IMG/VR virus record: IMGVR_UViG_3300021961_000076
Location: 4,287 to 68,286 of that record
Length of the DNA: 64,000 nt
Strand: one strand, 5' to 3'
DNA from: a virus
The stretch's first letter is position 1, and the number at the start of each line of letters is the position of its first letter. A program made the translations under genes and the position numbers. Shown here one piece after another: positions 8,389-16,510 of the stretch. The notes below the pieces were generated by a model, which was given only the letters and a program-made list of their open reading frames with translations, was not told the origin of the DNA and made no database searches.

Positions 8389-9213
8389 TTAAAAATCGTA
8401 GTTAGCACCTAATGTAATAAAGTATGGGATCTCTTTTATATAACCTAGCTCTATATCCGAAACGTCATAATCAAGTGCGCTTCTTAGTTTAGTTGCAAAG
8501 GAGAATGTATCTGTAACTTTATAACCTATTGATACTCCGTAGTACAGATTCATATTAAAATCATTCCAGTACCATAAATCAATCTCATTTACCGCATCTT
8601 CATATAAGGTAAAGTAATGTGTTCGGATATCAGTTAGTAGGAATACTTCTGGTCTTAGTATCCAATGGTTTAACTCCCACTCTTTCATTCCAATCAACAT
8701 TAGACTGTAAGTTTGATTTACAGCTGCATCATAGAATTCACCACCTAATTCAAAATCATCCCAGCTATAATCATTCACAAATAAAGTATATCCAATCTTT
8801 GTCGAATTTTTTTCATACATCTGGTTAAAGTATGGGGATATAGTTAGAGCATCTGGCGTATATCCAGAATTAGATAGGGTAATTGAGTAGTTATTGGTTC
8901 TCTTTAGCCCGCTGCTAAACTCTTTAACTCTGCCGTAGTTGTATCCAACTTTACCGTATTTGAATGATGGGGTATATGAATAAAAGATTCCATTTGTATG
9001 CTTTCCACTTTCCCACTCATATGCTAAGTTGAAACTAAATATAGTAAACTCACCTAAATAACCTAATGTTATATTTGAACTACTGATGATGTCGTTGTTC
9101 AGTTCAACATAAGTTACACTAGTCAGTTCTGAGTTAGCTTCTGCTCCTTCGTTAGATTGGCCAAACACCCACCCAAAGTGTAGCAGTAGTATAAGTGTTA
9201 GTATTCTTTTCAT
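8389..9213 (-). CDS. Putative outer-membrane beta-barrel protein
   Basis: Sec signal peptide, alternating aromatic beta-strands, C-terminal beta-signal-like YFITLGANYDF. Confidence 0.65.
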   Translation of the reverse strand: MKRILTLILLLHFGWVFGQSNEGAEANSELTSVTYVELNNDIISSSNITLGYLGEFTIFSFNLAYEWESGKHTNGIFYSYTPSFKYGKVGYNYGRVKEFSSGLKRTNNYSITLSNSGYTPDALTISPYFNQMYEKNSTKIGYTLFVNDYSWDDFELGGEFYDAAVNQTYSLMLIGMKEWELNHWILRPEVFLLTDIRTHYFTLYEDAVNEIDLWYWNDFNMNLYYGVSIGYKVTDTFSFATKLRSALDYDVSDIELGYIKEIPYFITLGANYDF

Positions 9214-9216
9214 TTA

Positions 9217-9462
9217 TCAATTCATTCCACCACCTCTACCTTCGTCTTGAGTTGGTTGTGATTCTGCTTTTTGTTCTTTCTCTTGTTGTTTTACCTTTGC
9301 ATTTTCAGCTGCCTTTACTTTGGTAGTGTTTAAGGATTCTACCTTTTGAGTTTCCTTATCAGTTCTCTGAACCGATTGGGCTGGATCACCGCTAATAGGA
9401 ACTGTCACCGTACAAGCGGATAAGGTAAGTATTATTGTAGGTATAATCCAGAACTTTCTCAT
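9217..9462 (-). CDS. Small lipoprotein
   Basis: Basic N-terminus, hydrophobic stretch, lipobox LSAC; low-complexity charged tail. Confidence 0.7.
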   Translation of the reverse strand: MRKFWIIPTIILTLSACTVTVPISGDPAQSVQRTDKETQKVESLNTTKVKAAENAKVKQQEKEQKAESQPTQDEGRGGGMN

Positions 9463-10622
9463 TGAATAAGTACTTTTTCTACTCTACCGTTATTATATCT
9501 GATTACATATAATCCTTTAAGTTCGGCCCAATTTATATTTTCTCCCATATAACGACCGTTCCAATCATATACTTTGTATTGCGTATTGAAATCTGCAATA
9601 TTTTCTTCAATTCCAATTGTTGAGTTTACAATCAGAGTAACAAAGTAGTCGTTATTAGAAGAGTTACTGGAAGCTCTTAATACTCCTTTATATGTACCTA
9701 CCTGCAGGTCTGTTAAGTTCCAGGTTGTATTTGAAGCTTGAGTAACATTAACTCCTGGGAAGGTCAAGCTAGTAGAGGTGTAGTTGTTAATTAATACACT
9801 AACGTATAGCGAATCTCCATTAAGCAGGTCTTGAGTAAAAGCAACTGGAGGTACTGGTACGTTAGGAGTAGATCCTGGTTGAGTAATGTATACTTGCTGA
9901 ATTCTATTTACTCCGATCAAGCTTCCGTTTCTATACTCGCTAATTTTATACCCGGTAGCAAATTGACCATTAGTAGTTGGACCCCAAGTAATAGCTCCGT
10001 TTGCGTCTACATAGTATGTACCGTAATTACCTAGTTGAGAGAAAGGAGCTAAGGGTACAAACACTCCATTTGCATACTGATTAAGAGCGTCATCTTTTTC
10101 TACCATTACAGAATCTCCATCAGGATCTACTGCAAAAAGAATTGATGTAGCTGTATCACCAGTAACCCAGTTGATAGGAAGAGGATTTACAATGATAGGA
10201 GCCGAGTTAGGTACTGAGGATTTCTTATAATCTAATCCCATAGTAAAGCTGCTATTCATAGATGAAGCAGCGTTAGTGTGAATACCTCTACAACAGTTTG
10301 TATAAACGTATCGATAATCGCCTGCTGTTAATACTCGGTAGCCGGAATAGATTGCTACGTTAACTCCTTGCCAGGTTGAAGTAACTTGTTGAGTTAAACT
10401 CACTGTAGTATTCTGTTGATAGAACCCATTAGTAAGTTTGTACTCAGTTAAGGTTAGAGAAGTAGGTCCGCTGATACCTTGAGGGTCAGTAAACAGAGTA
10501 ACTGTAATATCTACAGTATCAGAGTATCCGCGCTGGATAGCTTGAGTATATCCTCCTAAGAGGTGTGATGCACTTAGGTTAAATCCTAATGCAAGGGTGA
10601 GTAAGGTTAGTAGTTTTTTCAT
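9459..10622 (-). CDS. Secreted beta-rich protein with a T9SS type-A-like C-terminal sorting domain
   Basis: Signal peptide, then SHLLGG and NCCR motifs seen in Bacteroidota surface proteins; NSAP/DPDGD repeat; C-terminus YKVYDWNGR...KGLYVIR...KVLIQ. Confidence 0.65.
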   Translation of the reverse strand: MKKLLTLLTLALGFNLSASHLLGGYTQAIQRGYSDTVDITVTLFTDPQGISGPTSLTLTEYKLTNGFYQQNTTVSLTQQVTSTWQGVNVAIYSGYRVLTAGDYRYVYTNCCRGIHTNAASSMNSSFTMGLDYKKSSVPNSAPIIVNPLPINWVTGDTATSILFAVDPDGDSVMVEKDDALNQYANGVFVPLAPFSQLGNYGTYYVDANGAITWGPTTNGQFATGYKISEYRNGSLIGVNRIQQVYITQPGSTPNVPVPPVAFTQDLLNGDSLYVSVLINNYTSTSLTFPGVNVTQASNTTWNLTDLQVGTYKGVLRASSNSSNNDYFVTLIVNSTIGIEENIADFNTQYKVYDWNGRYMGENINWAELKGLYVIRYNNGRVEKVLIQ

Positions 10623-11218
10623 CGAATTACGTTTCTACAATTACATTTAAAAGCTTCAAGCTCTGAGGTATCAGGCTTAACATTCTTAAAATAGTAACAT
10701 TCTCGCTTATTTCCAACTTTTAGTTCCTTATAATACCCTACTGGGATAGCAGCATTTGCAGGTACGCGGTTTGGAGTTGCTCCATACTCTACTCTGATAA
10801 AGACTTTAACTTCGTTATCTTTAGCTAATTCTCTCTCACGTACTTCCAACTTCTTCCATACTCCTCTATTAAGAGACTGTTGCTGTAGGCTAGAATTAAC
10901 ATAGGTAAAAGTACTAAGTAGCATATTACGATCGCAGTTAAAAGAGGCGGCAGGAGCCATATGACCTTTATCCCATTCATTAGCTACGTAGTCGTCATTA
11001 TCGGAAGTATGTACTTGCTTCTCTTTATAAAAGTCCATTCCTGATCTAGAGGCTGTACCTGAAGGACACATTACAGTGTAGCGGATAGAGCGAGGTCCTT
11101 CTAAGACTTCTGAGTAGTTAATAATAAAGTTAGGTGTTGTGTAATATACGCTATCTTTTAACTGTGCGTATGTGGTTACTGATAAGAAGAGCAGTAACAG
11201 AGTTGACCATTTTTTCAT
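10619..11218 (-). CDS. Exported DNA/RNA non-specific endonuclease (NucA/EndA family)
   Basis: Signal peptide; WDKGHMAPAA, Q...LNRGVWKKLE, IPVGYYK. Confidence 0.9.
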   Translation of the reverse strand: MKKWSTLLLLFLSVTTYAQLKDSVYYTTPNFIINYSEVLEGPRSIRYTVMCPSGTASRSGMDFYKEKQVHTSDNDDYVANEWDKGHMAPAASFNCDRNMLLSTFTYVNSSLQQQSLNRGVWKKLEVRERELAKDNEVKVFIRVEYGATPNRVPANAAIPVGYYKELKVGNKRECYYFKNVKPDTSELEAFKCNCRNVIR

Positions 11219-11220
11219 AA

Positions 11221-11868
11221 TTAATAATTTAGGGCTTTAGAAATAACAGGAAATTCTTCTATAAATAGTTTTTTGATTTCTTTAGCTACATCCTGAATCT
11301 CTTTCTGTGCGTGAGCGTCATCTCGGAGATCTAAGAAGTGAATCCATGAGCGGATAGAACCAGTCATGTGAATCTTAGTTTTAGTAGATAATGGTAACAC
11401 CATTCGAGCTACTTCTCTTGCTACACCTTCATCAAGGAGTCGCTTATAAAGATCTTGAGAAGCTCTGAAGTGCTTGCCTATCTGAGCTGAAGCAGCAGTA
11501 GAGTACCCGTCATAGTATACATCTGGGTTGAATATCTCAGTAGAACTTTGTCTGTTATCTTCAGCTTGCTTTCTTAACTCTACCCTCTCAAACATTCCGT
11601 CCAAGAGGTTAACATCTTGATAACGTTGACTAAATTCCTGAAAGGTAAAAGAGCGGTGACGTATTAACTGAATGCCAATTGCTTTAGAGGTTTCAATCTC
11701 TACTGACATATAACCATGCTCAAATGGAGACCAGTGCTTATGTTTGATCAGATAGTTAAGAAGCCCTTCAGGCTTTTCTACCTTATCGGTACGTTTAGAG
11801 GATACTCTAGCAATTTTAACAATTGCATTTTCGGCATCCGGTGTGACGTGGTTTAGTGTTACTTTCAT
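11221..11868 (-). CDS. thyX: Flavin-dependent thymidylate synthase
   Basis: HWSPFEH, RHRSFTFQEFSQRY, AREVARMVLP, HAQKEI. Confidence 0.96.
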   Translation of the reverse strand: MKVTLNHVTPDAENAIVKIARVSSKRTDKVEKPEGLLNYLIKHKHWSPFEHGYMSVEIETSKAIGIQLIRHRSFTFQEFSQRYQDVNLLDGMFERVELRKQAEDNRQSSTEIFNPDVYYDGYSTAASAQIGKHFRASQDLYKRLLDEGVAREVARMVLPLSTKTKIHMTGSIRSWIHFLDLRDDAHAQKEIQDVAKEIKKLFIEEFPVISKALNY

Positions 11869-12050
11869 ATTTCTTGATATTCGATTTTTGGAACCTCTCT
11901 ACAAAAATAGAGTAGACCATCCTTGCGGAAGGTATGTGTACAATGCCAGTACTGTTTAAGAAGTTCAACATCCCATTGCTTATCTTCTCTAAGGACTCTT
12001 TGAACTTCATACCAATCATCGTTTAATGTTATTAAATCTTTCTTTCTCAT
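11865..12050 (-). CDS. Hypothetical protein
   Basis: 61-aa ORF with 4-nt overlaps to both neighbours. Confidence 0.6.
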   Translation of the reverse strand: MRKKDLITLNDDWYEVQRVLREDKQWDVELLKQYWHCTHTFRKDGLLYFCREVPKIEYQEI

Positions 12051-12298
12051 TTATACTCTAATCCGAAATGCTTATAGTTAGCATGAACAGAATTTTCTTC
12101 GCCCATTTGAATAGCAAGGGTTTCGTTTTCAAATATTGCTTCTACTGGGCAGGCTGGTATACAGGCTCCACAGTTAATACATTCGTCTGGATGTATGAAC
12201 ATCTGTTCTAAGCTTTCGTAGATACAATCAATAGGGCATGCTTCAATACATGCTCCATCTTTCTCTCCTATGCATTTACTTCCTATAATAAAACTCAT
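12047..12298 (-). CDS. Dicluster Fe-S ferredoxin
   Basis: CIGEKDGACIEACPIDC and IHPDECINCGACIPACPVEAI; start placed at MSFII. Confidence 0.92.
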   Translation of the reverse strand: MSFIIGSKCIGEKDGACIEACPIDCIYESLEQMFIHPDECINCGACIPACPVEAIFENETLAIQMGEENSVHANYKHFGLEYK

Positions 12299-12642
12299 TT
12301 CCAAAGAACTTGAACACAGATTAATATAAGAGCTAAAAGTAGACTGATAGCTGTCTTAGTTGAGATAGGTTCTCCCATATAGTACCATACGCAAAAGGCG
12401 TAAATAATCATTCCTGTACCGAAGCCTATAAACCTAGCCGGCCATAGAAGGCCGTCAAATCCAGCAACAGTTGTTCTAGTAGCCCAGATAAAAATAAATG
12501 AAATAGGTACTCCAAATAAAGCTATAGCCCATTCGTGCTTTCTAAACCACTCCCAGATAAACTGACCGTTAAGCTGGTAAAAGGTTATAAGCTGTCCTAG
12601 CAAGAATAAGCTCGCTCCAATTAGAATACTTTTTATATTCAT
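12295..12642 (-). CDS. Small four-TM membrane protein, DMT/SMR-like
   Basis: 115 aa, four hydrophobic segments, GEPIS loop before the last helix as in DMT/SMR proteins. Confidence 0.5.
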   Translation of the reverse strand: MNIKSILIGASLFLLGQLITFYQLNGQFIWEWFRKHEWAIALFGVPISFIFIWATRTTVAGFDGLLWPARFIGFGTGMIIYAFCVWYYMGEPISTKTAISLLLALILICVQVLWK

Positions 12643-12818
12643 ACTCGTACTCCGTAACGAAATTCGTGCTTCTCATTTTCTTTTTCTGCTCCTATACCGT
12701 CTAAGGTTAGGTAGCCTAGCTCATACCCGTAGGCACTTAAAGCAGAGATGACTCCTGCTGGGTCAACTACTTTTAAAGCCCAGAGCTGATGTAGGTTTTG
12801 TAAAAATCCGTGTGGCAT
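12639..12818 (-). CDS. Hypothetical 59-aa protein (missing from the ORF track)
   Basis: MPHGFLQNLH...EFRYGVRV*; TAATG coupling with the queE stop and ATGA overlap with the next gene. Confidence 0.6.
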   Translation of the reverse strand: MPHGFLQNLHQLWALKVVDPAGVISALSAYGYELGYLTLDGIGAEKENEKHEFRYGVRV

Positions 12819-13600
12819 TATACTTCGCGTTTAGTGTCAAAGGCAATGATGTGTTCACGGCCTGTAAAATTATAATAGTTATCAGTACACCATTGTATTA
12901 CCATTGGGTAAACTCTGATGAGTTCTTCTCTGTTATCTCCAGGAGGCATAATCCAGATCTTATCTTTAGGTACTTCTAACTCGTCCATGAAGGCACGAAT
13001 CTCATCCCAGGTGTCAGGCATCTCTACCGGATTAACAACCACCTTCATATGGTAGTCTGAATGGTAAGTCATAGACTGCTTGATAGACTCTTTGTTAAGC
13101 CTAAAGCGGTTATGGGTATCAATAAAACGCTGATCTACAACAGACCCAAGAGGCGTAACTGCACCAAGTACAGGAACAGAATTGCTGAACTTAGGACTGA
13201 AGCTAATAAGACCAATAGGGTAATCTGTTTCCAGAAAGGCCGATCCTTCAGTCTCGATAGTAATAACAATACCCCTTTCATTAGCAAAATGTGTTAATTC
13301 ATTTACAATAGCTGGGTGCATGGTAGGTGAACCTCCTGTTAGCATCATCTCCTTAATCTCAGGATGTGCATCATAAATGTCTACGATGTCCTGAAATGAG
13401 TATTTACCTTTCTCTGGGTGAATACTTGTGTACCAGCTATCACACCATCCTCCTTCTCCGAAGTAACAGCGGTGAGTACAGCCTGTAGTACGTACAGCAA
13501 CAGTAGGTCTACCGGCACGGCTACCTTCTGATTGTACGCATGTGTAAAGTTCTACGATAGGTAGAGTCTTACTATAGTCTTCAATTCTCTTAAGCGGCAT
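12818..13600 (-). CDS. queE: 7-carboxy-7-deazaguanine synthase (radical SAM)
   Basis: ELYTCVQSEG..AG.PTV.VR, GCTHRC-x7-CD, LTGGSP, IETEG, SPK; start placed at MPLKR. Confidence 0.92.
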   Translation of the reverse strand: MPLKRIEDYSKTLPIVELYTCVQSEGSRAGRPTVAVRTTGCTHRCYFGEGGWCDSWYTSIHPEKGKYSFQDIVDIYDAHPEIKEMMLTGGSPTMHPAIVNELTHFANERGIVITIETEGSAFLETDYPIGLISFSPKFSNSVPVLGAVTPLGSVVDQRFIDTHNRFRLNKESIKQSMTYHSDYHMKVVVNPVEMPDTWDEIRAFMDELEVPKDKIWIMPPGDNREELIRVYPMVIQWCTDNYYNFTGREHIIAFDTKREV

Positions 13601-14048
13601 AGATTGCTGAGTTTTTGTGGTTTTCCATAAATTTAACTTTAACAACCTTTACGCGACCTTCAGTCTCTAGTTGTACGAAATCGTTTAGCTTGTGGTAAAG
13701 ATATTCTGCAAATTTCTCTGCACCTACTGCCGGTATTACTCTTAATTGAATAATACCTCTAGCGTCTAAATCTACAAAGTCTGACATAGCAGGGTCGTCT
13801 TCTGATACTACGACAGTATGATCAAACATATACTCCATCCACTCTTTAGGTTGACGTCCTTCAATAAGGTTATTAGCACGCTTCATACCTCCGAAGTCCC
13901 ATACCCAGTTTCGATGATCTAAGTCACCTTCAAACGTTACTTCAAACTCTACGTCGTAACCGTGAAGATACTGACAGTGAGTCGTATTTGCTCTCCATTG
14001 ACGGAAGCAAGTACTAAATCCGTCAAACTTCTTTCTACTCTTATACAT
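13590..14048 (-). CDS. queD: 6-carboxy-tetrahydropterin synthase
   Basis: HCQYLHGY, WVWDFG, FDHT, GAEKFA; start placed at MYKSRK. Confidence 0.9.
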   Translation of the reverse strand: MYKSRKKFDGFSTCFRQWRANTTHCQYLHGYDVEFEVTFEGDLDHRNWVWDFGGMKRANNLIEGRQPKEWMEYMFDHTVVVSEDDPAMSDFVDLDARGIIQLRVIPAVGAEKFAEYLYHKLNDFVQLETEGRVKVVKVKFMENHKNSAIYAA

Positions 14049-14304
14049 CTTCTGTAAAGTTTTTATATTGTTCAATATAATGATTTAAAGGCTTAGCTCC
14101 AACTGTACGAGCAAACTCTTTTCCGGACTCGTCTACCAGTACGACTGTTGGTACACTACGGACAGTATATTCCATTGTTAGGAGCTCTTCAGTATCGATA
14201 TTAATCTTCTCTACTGCAATTCCTTGCTCTTTTACTTTCTCCATTGTTGGACCTAACATTCGGCAAGGTCCGCACCAAGGGGCGCTAAAATACAAATACT
14301 TCAT
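14041..14304 (-). CDS. trxA: Thioredoxin
   Basis: WCGPC active site and VRSVPT cis-Pro loop. Confidence 0.93.
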   Translation of the reverse strand: MKYLYFSAPWCGPCRMLGPTMEKVKEQGIAVEKINIDTEELLTMEYTVRSVPTVVLVDESGKEFARTVGAKPLNHYIEQYKNFTEDV

Positions 14305-14576
14305 ACTAATTCTTCTATAATTCCAATTACTTCACTTATAACTAATACAGCAACAGCTGCAGGAATATTTACCAGCAGCAAAAAGTAGCCTCCAATTCGG
14401 ATACCGGATTTAATAAATGAGATGATCTGATGCCATTTTTGATCAGGCATCTTATTGAAGTTTTTAAACTCCTTTGAATACTTAATCTCTTTACCTTTAA
14501 TCTTGTTATAAAGGTCAGGATTAATGATACTGTCTTTAGGGAGGACAGGCTCCGTCAATAACTGTTTTTTTGCCAT
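14301..14576 (-). CDS. Hypothetical membrane protein, first gene after the second aptamer
   Basis: Hydrophobic C-terminal half (IISFIKSGIRIGGYFLLL...IGIIEELV). Confidence 0.65.
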   Translation of the reverse strand: MAKKQLLTEPVLPKDSIINPDLYNKIKGKEIKYSKEFKNFNKMPDQKWHQIISFIKSGIRIGGYFLLLVNIPAAVAVLVISEVIGIIEELV

Positions 14577-14578
14577 AA

Positions 14579-14609
14579 TTGTGTTTTTAAAGTGGTGCTA
14601 CGACACTAT
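14579..14609 (-). ncRNA. Second preQ1-I riboswitch-like aptamer
   Basis: AGUG-UCGUAGCAC-CACU-UUAAAAACACAAU; loop matches the folE copy at 8 of 9 nt while the stem differs but still pairs; ends just before the ATG. Confidence 0.65.
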
Positions 14610-14611
14610 AC

Positions 14612-14651
14612 TAATATAAGAATAAATAGGGAGGGAGACAAGCTCCCCCCT
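14612..14651 (-). promoter_or_regulatory. Early-type promoter overlapping a GC-rich terminator-like hairpin after queC
   Basis: Minus strand GGGGGAG-CTTGT-CTCCCTC...TTCTTATATTAG. Confidence 0.55.
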
Positions 14652-14653
14652 AA

Positions 14654-15502
14654 TTAATTTGCGTGTGCTGCTAAAACTTTTTCAACATGCTCACGTGCTA
14701 CCTCCCAGCTTACCGGGCCGGTCTCATCAGCGTACGCTACAGGGTCAGGTCGTCCTAGCTTAATAAAAGCTTCAATACGCTCTACTGAAGAGGCTGATTT
14801 GTAGTCTGAGTACCAAGTCCAGGCATTAGTCTCTGGACGGTGATAGTACTTGATTGGTTTGTAAGAGGTGTTAGTACGCTTATAAACTTCATCAAAGTCT
14901 ATTCCTAGCTTCTCACACAATACCAATCCGTCTTCTAGAATAGTAAACTTATCACCTTCCAAATAAGGAGTCCAATAAGATACCCGATCGCTATCCCAGT
15001 TACCCACTCTAAAGGCGTGATCGTCTGCGTCACGGAACTCTTGACGGCAGTCCGGATAGATTGCATGGTCTCCTGCATGGATACCAAGAGCGATTGAAGT
15101 TTCTTCCTGAGTTTCATTTGCAATAGAAAGTGCTATAGCTTGTGTAATAGAGCTGAAGATTTTGTTTCGGTTCGGTACAACAGTAGCTTTCATATTCTCT
15201 TCTGCGTAATGACCTTCAGGTACTTCAGCACCACCTGTTACTAGAGCCGAGTTGAGCAGATCAACTAAACCATCGAGCTTAATAACTCGGTAGTTTACTT
15301 TACATCCACCGTAACAATCATTCTCGTCACAGTTGCGATTTAGATAATCAACCAATGATTGAGCTCTTTCAAGTTCTACTCTGTGCTTTTGACCGTAGTC
15401 AAATGATACTGCGGTTACAGTATCGAATTCATTTAATGCTTTTAAAAGCAAAGTAGAGGAGTCCATCCCTCCTGAAAGACTAACAACAACGTGTTTTGCC
15501 AT
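14654..15502 (-). CDS. queC: 7-cyano-7-deazaguanine synthase (variant lacking the Zn-binding Cys)
   Basis: SGGMDS, FDYGQKH..E, VVPNRN, GDHAIYPDCR; Zn-cysteine positions read TSY...DYKSASSVER. Confidence 0.93.
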   Translation of the reverse strand: MAKHVVVSLSGGMDSSTLLLKALNEFDTVTAVSFDYGQKHRVELERAQSLVDYLNRNCDENDCYGGCKVNYRVIKLDGLVDLLNSALVTGGAEVPEGHYAEENMKATVVPNRNKIFSSITQAIALSIANETQEETSIALGIHAGDHAIYPDCRQEFRDADDHAFRVGNWDSDRVSYWTPYLEGDKFTILEDGLVLCEKLGIDFDEVYKRTNTSYKPIKYYHRPETNAWTWYSDYKSASSVERIEAFIKLGRPDPVAYADETGPVSWEVAREHVEKVLAAHAN

Positions 15503-15582
15503 TTTAAATATAATTTATAACTGCCAGGTATTTTAAGCGTATAGGCTTACGCTATTACTCTTCAATTTAGTTTAGCTATAGC

Positions 15583-15699
15583 TCACTTTTCTGTACGGTA
15601 CTTACCGCGGATAACATCAATGATAAACCTTAACATATAAAATCCTAAAGTGCCCATTGCTACGCCGGCAAGAAACAATCCAATTACTTCAAAACCCAT
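15583..15699 (-). CDS. 38-aa single-TM protein (missing from the ORF track)
   Basis: MGFEVIGLFLAGVAMGTLGFYMLRFIIDVIRGKYRTEK*, directly after the promoter at 15724-15754. Confidence 0.55.
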   Translation of the reverse strand: MGFEVIGLFLAGVAMGTLGFYMLRFIIDVIRGKYRTEK

Positions 15700-15723
15700 T
15701 TTACTTCTTTTTAAATTTATACT

Positions 15724-15754
15724 TAATATACGAATAACTTATTAAAGTTCCAAC
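15724..15754 (-). promoter_or_regulatory. Early-type promoter for the queC unit
   Basis: Minus strand GTTGG-N-ATTCGTATATTA. Confidence 0.65.
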
Positions 15755-15773
15755 TTAACTAATAACTTTTTTA

Positions 15774-16247
15774 CTACTTAACTAAAATACTTCTAATAAT
15801 TACATTATCTTGATACCAAGAGATTTGGGTATCACTAACACTCTCTACGTAATGACATCCTACCTGAAGAGGTGTAATGTTAGCCCACTCTACTTCAACA
15901 TAGCCTGTGTTCCAGCCTTCATTCATTAATTGACTAATACCTAGCGAGTCTCCGGAAAAGATATATTTTGTTTCTGCCATCCAGCCGGTAATAGGAAGAC
16001 CGGTAACATCAGTACCTAGAGGATAATAATACTTCCTGGTGCCGTCTGAGTATTCCCAGATCTTATATGCTACTGAGTATTCTCCATCTAAGATTCGAGT
16101 AGGAGCTGTTTCTTTCTCACAGCTGGCTAGTATAAGTACTCCGGTTAGGATTAGTATCCCGTAGAGTATTTGAGTTACAGTCCAAGCTATACTTCGTTCA
16201 CGTTCTGTGCGGTGTTTAGAATCCCACCATTTGCCTGTGTACTTCAT
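15774..16247 (-). CDS. Hypothetical membrane/lipoprotein-like protein
   Basis: TM segment ending in ILASC followed by a beta-rich domain. Confidence 0.55.
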   Translation of the reverse strand: MKYTGKWWDSKHRTERERSIAWTVTQILYGILILTGVLILASCEKETAPTRILDGEYSVAYKIWEYSDGTRKYYYPLGTDVTGLPITGWMAETKYIFSGDSLGISQLMNEGWNTGYVEVEWANITPLQVGCHYVESVSDTQISWYQDNVIIRSILVK

Positions 16248-16510
16248 TCTATAACCAATGTATTTTTATTAATAATATCGATAAATATTTTTAAATCATC
16301 CTTGCCGGTGAATATTACCTTAGCATCTTCAAACACCTCAACATACCAGTTTCCATTCTCTACTTCATCATTCGAAGGTGATATTAGAGAGATTGAACCA
16401 TTACTACCTAAATCTATATCGTAGTAATAAAAGTCATTGTCAGCACCGCTCTCTTCAGCGGTTACATCATTTCGTTCAAAACCGAAATCAATTAAGTCTT
16501 GCTCTGTCAT
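16244..16510 (-). CDS. Hypothetical acidic protein
   Basis: 88-aa ORF with overlapping start/stop junctions. Confidence 0.6.
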   Translation of the reverse strand: MTEQDLIDFGFERNDVTAEESGADNDFYYYDIDLGSNGSISLISPSNDEVENGNWYVEVFEDAKVIFTGKDDLKIFIDIINKNTLVIE

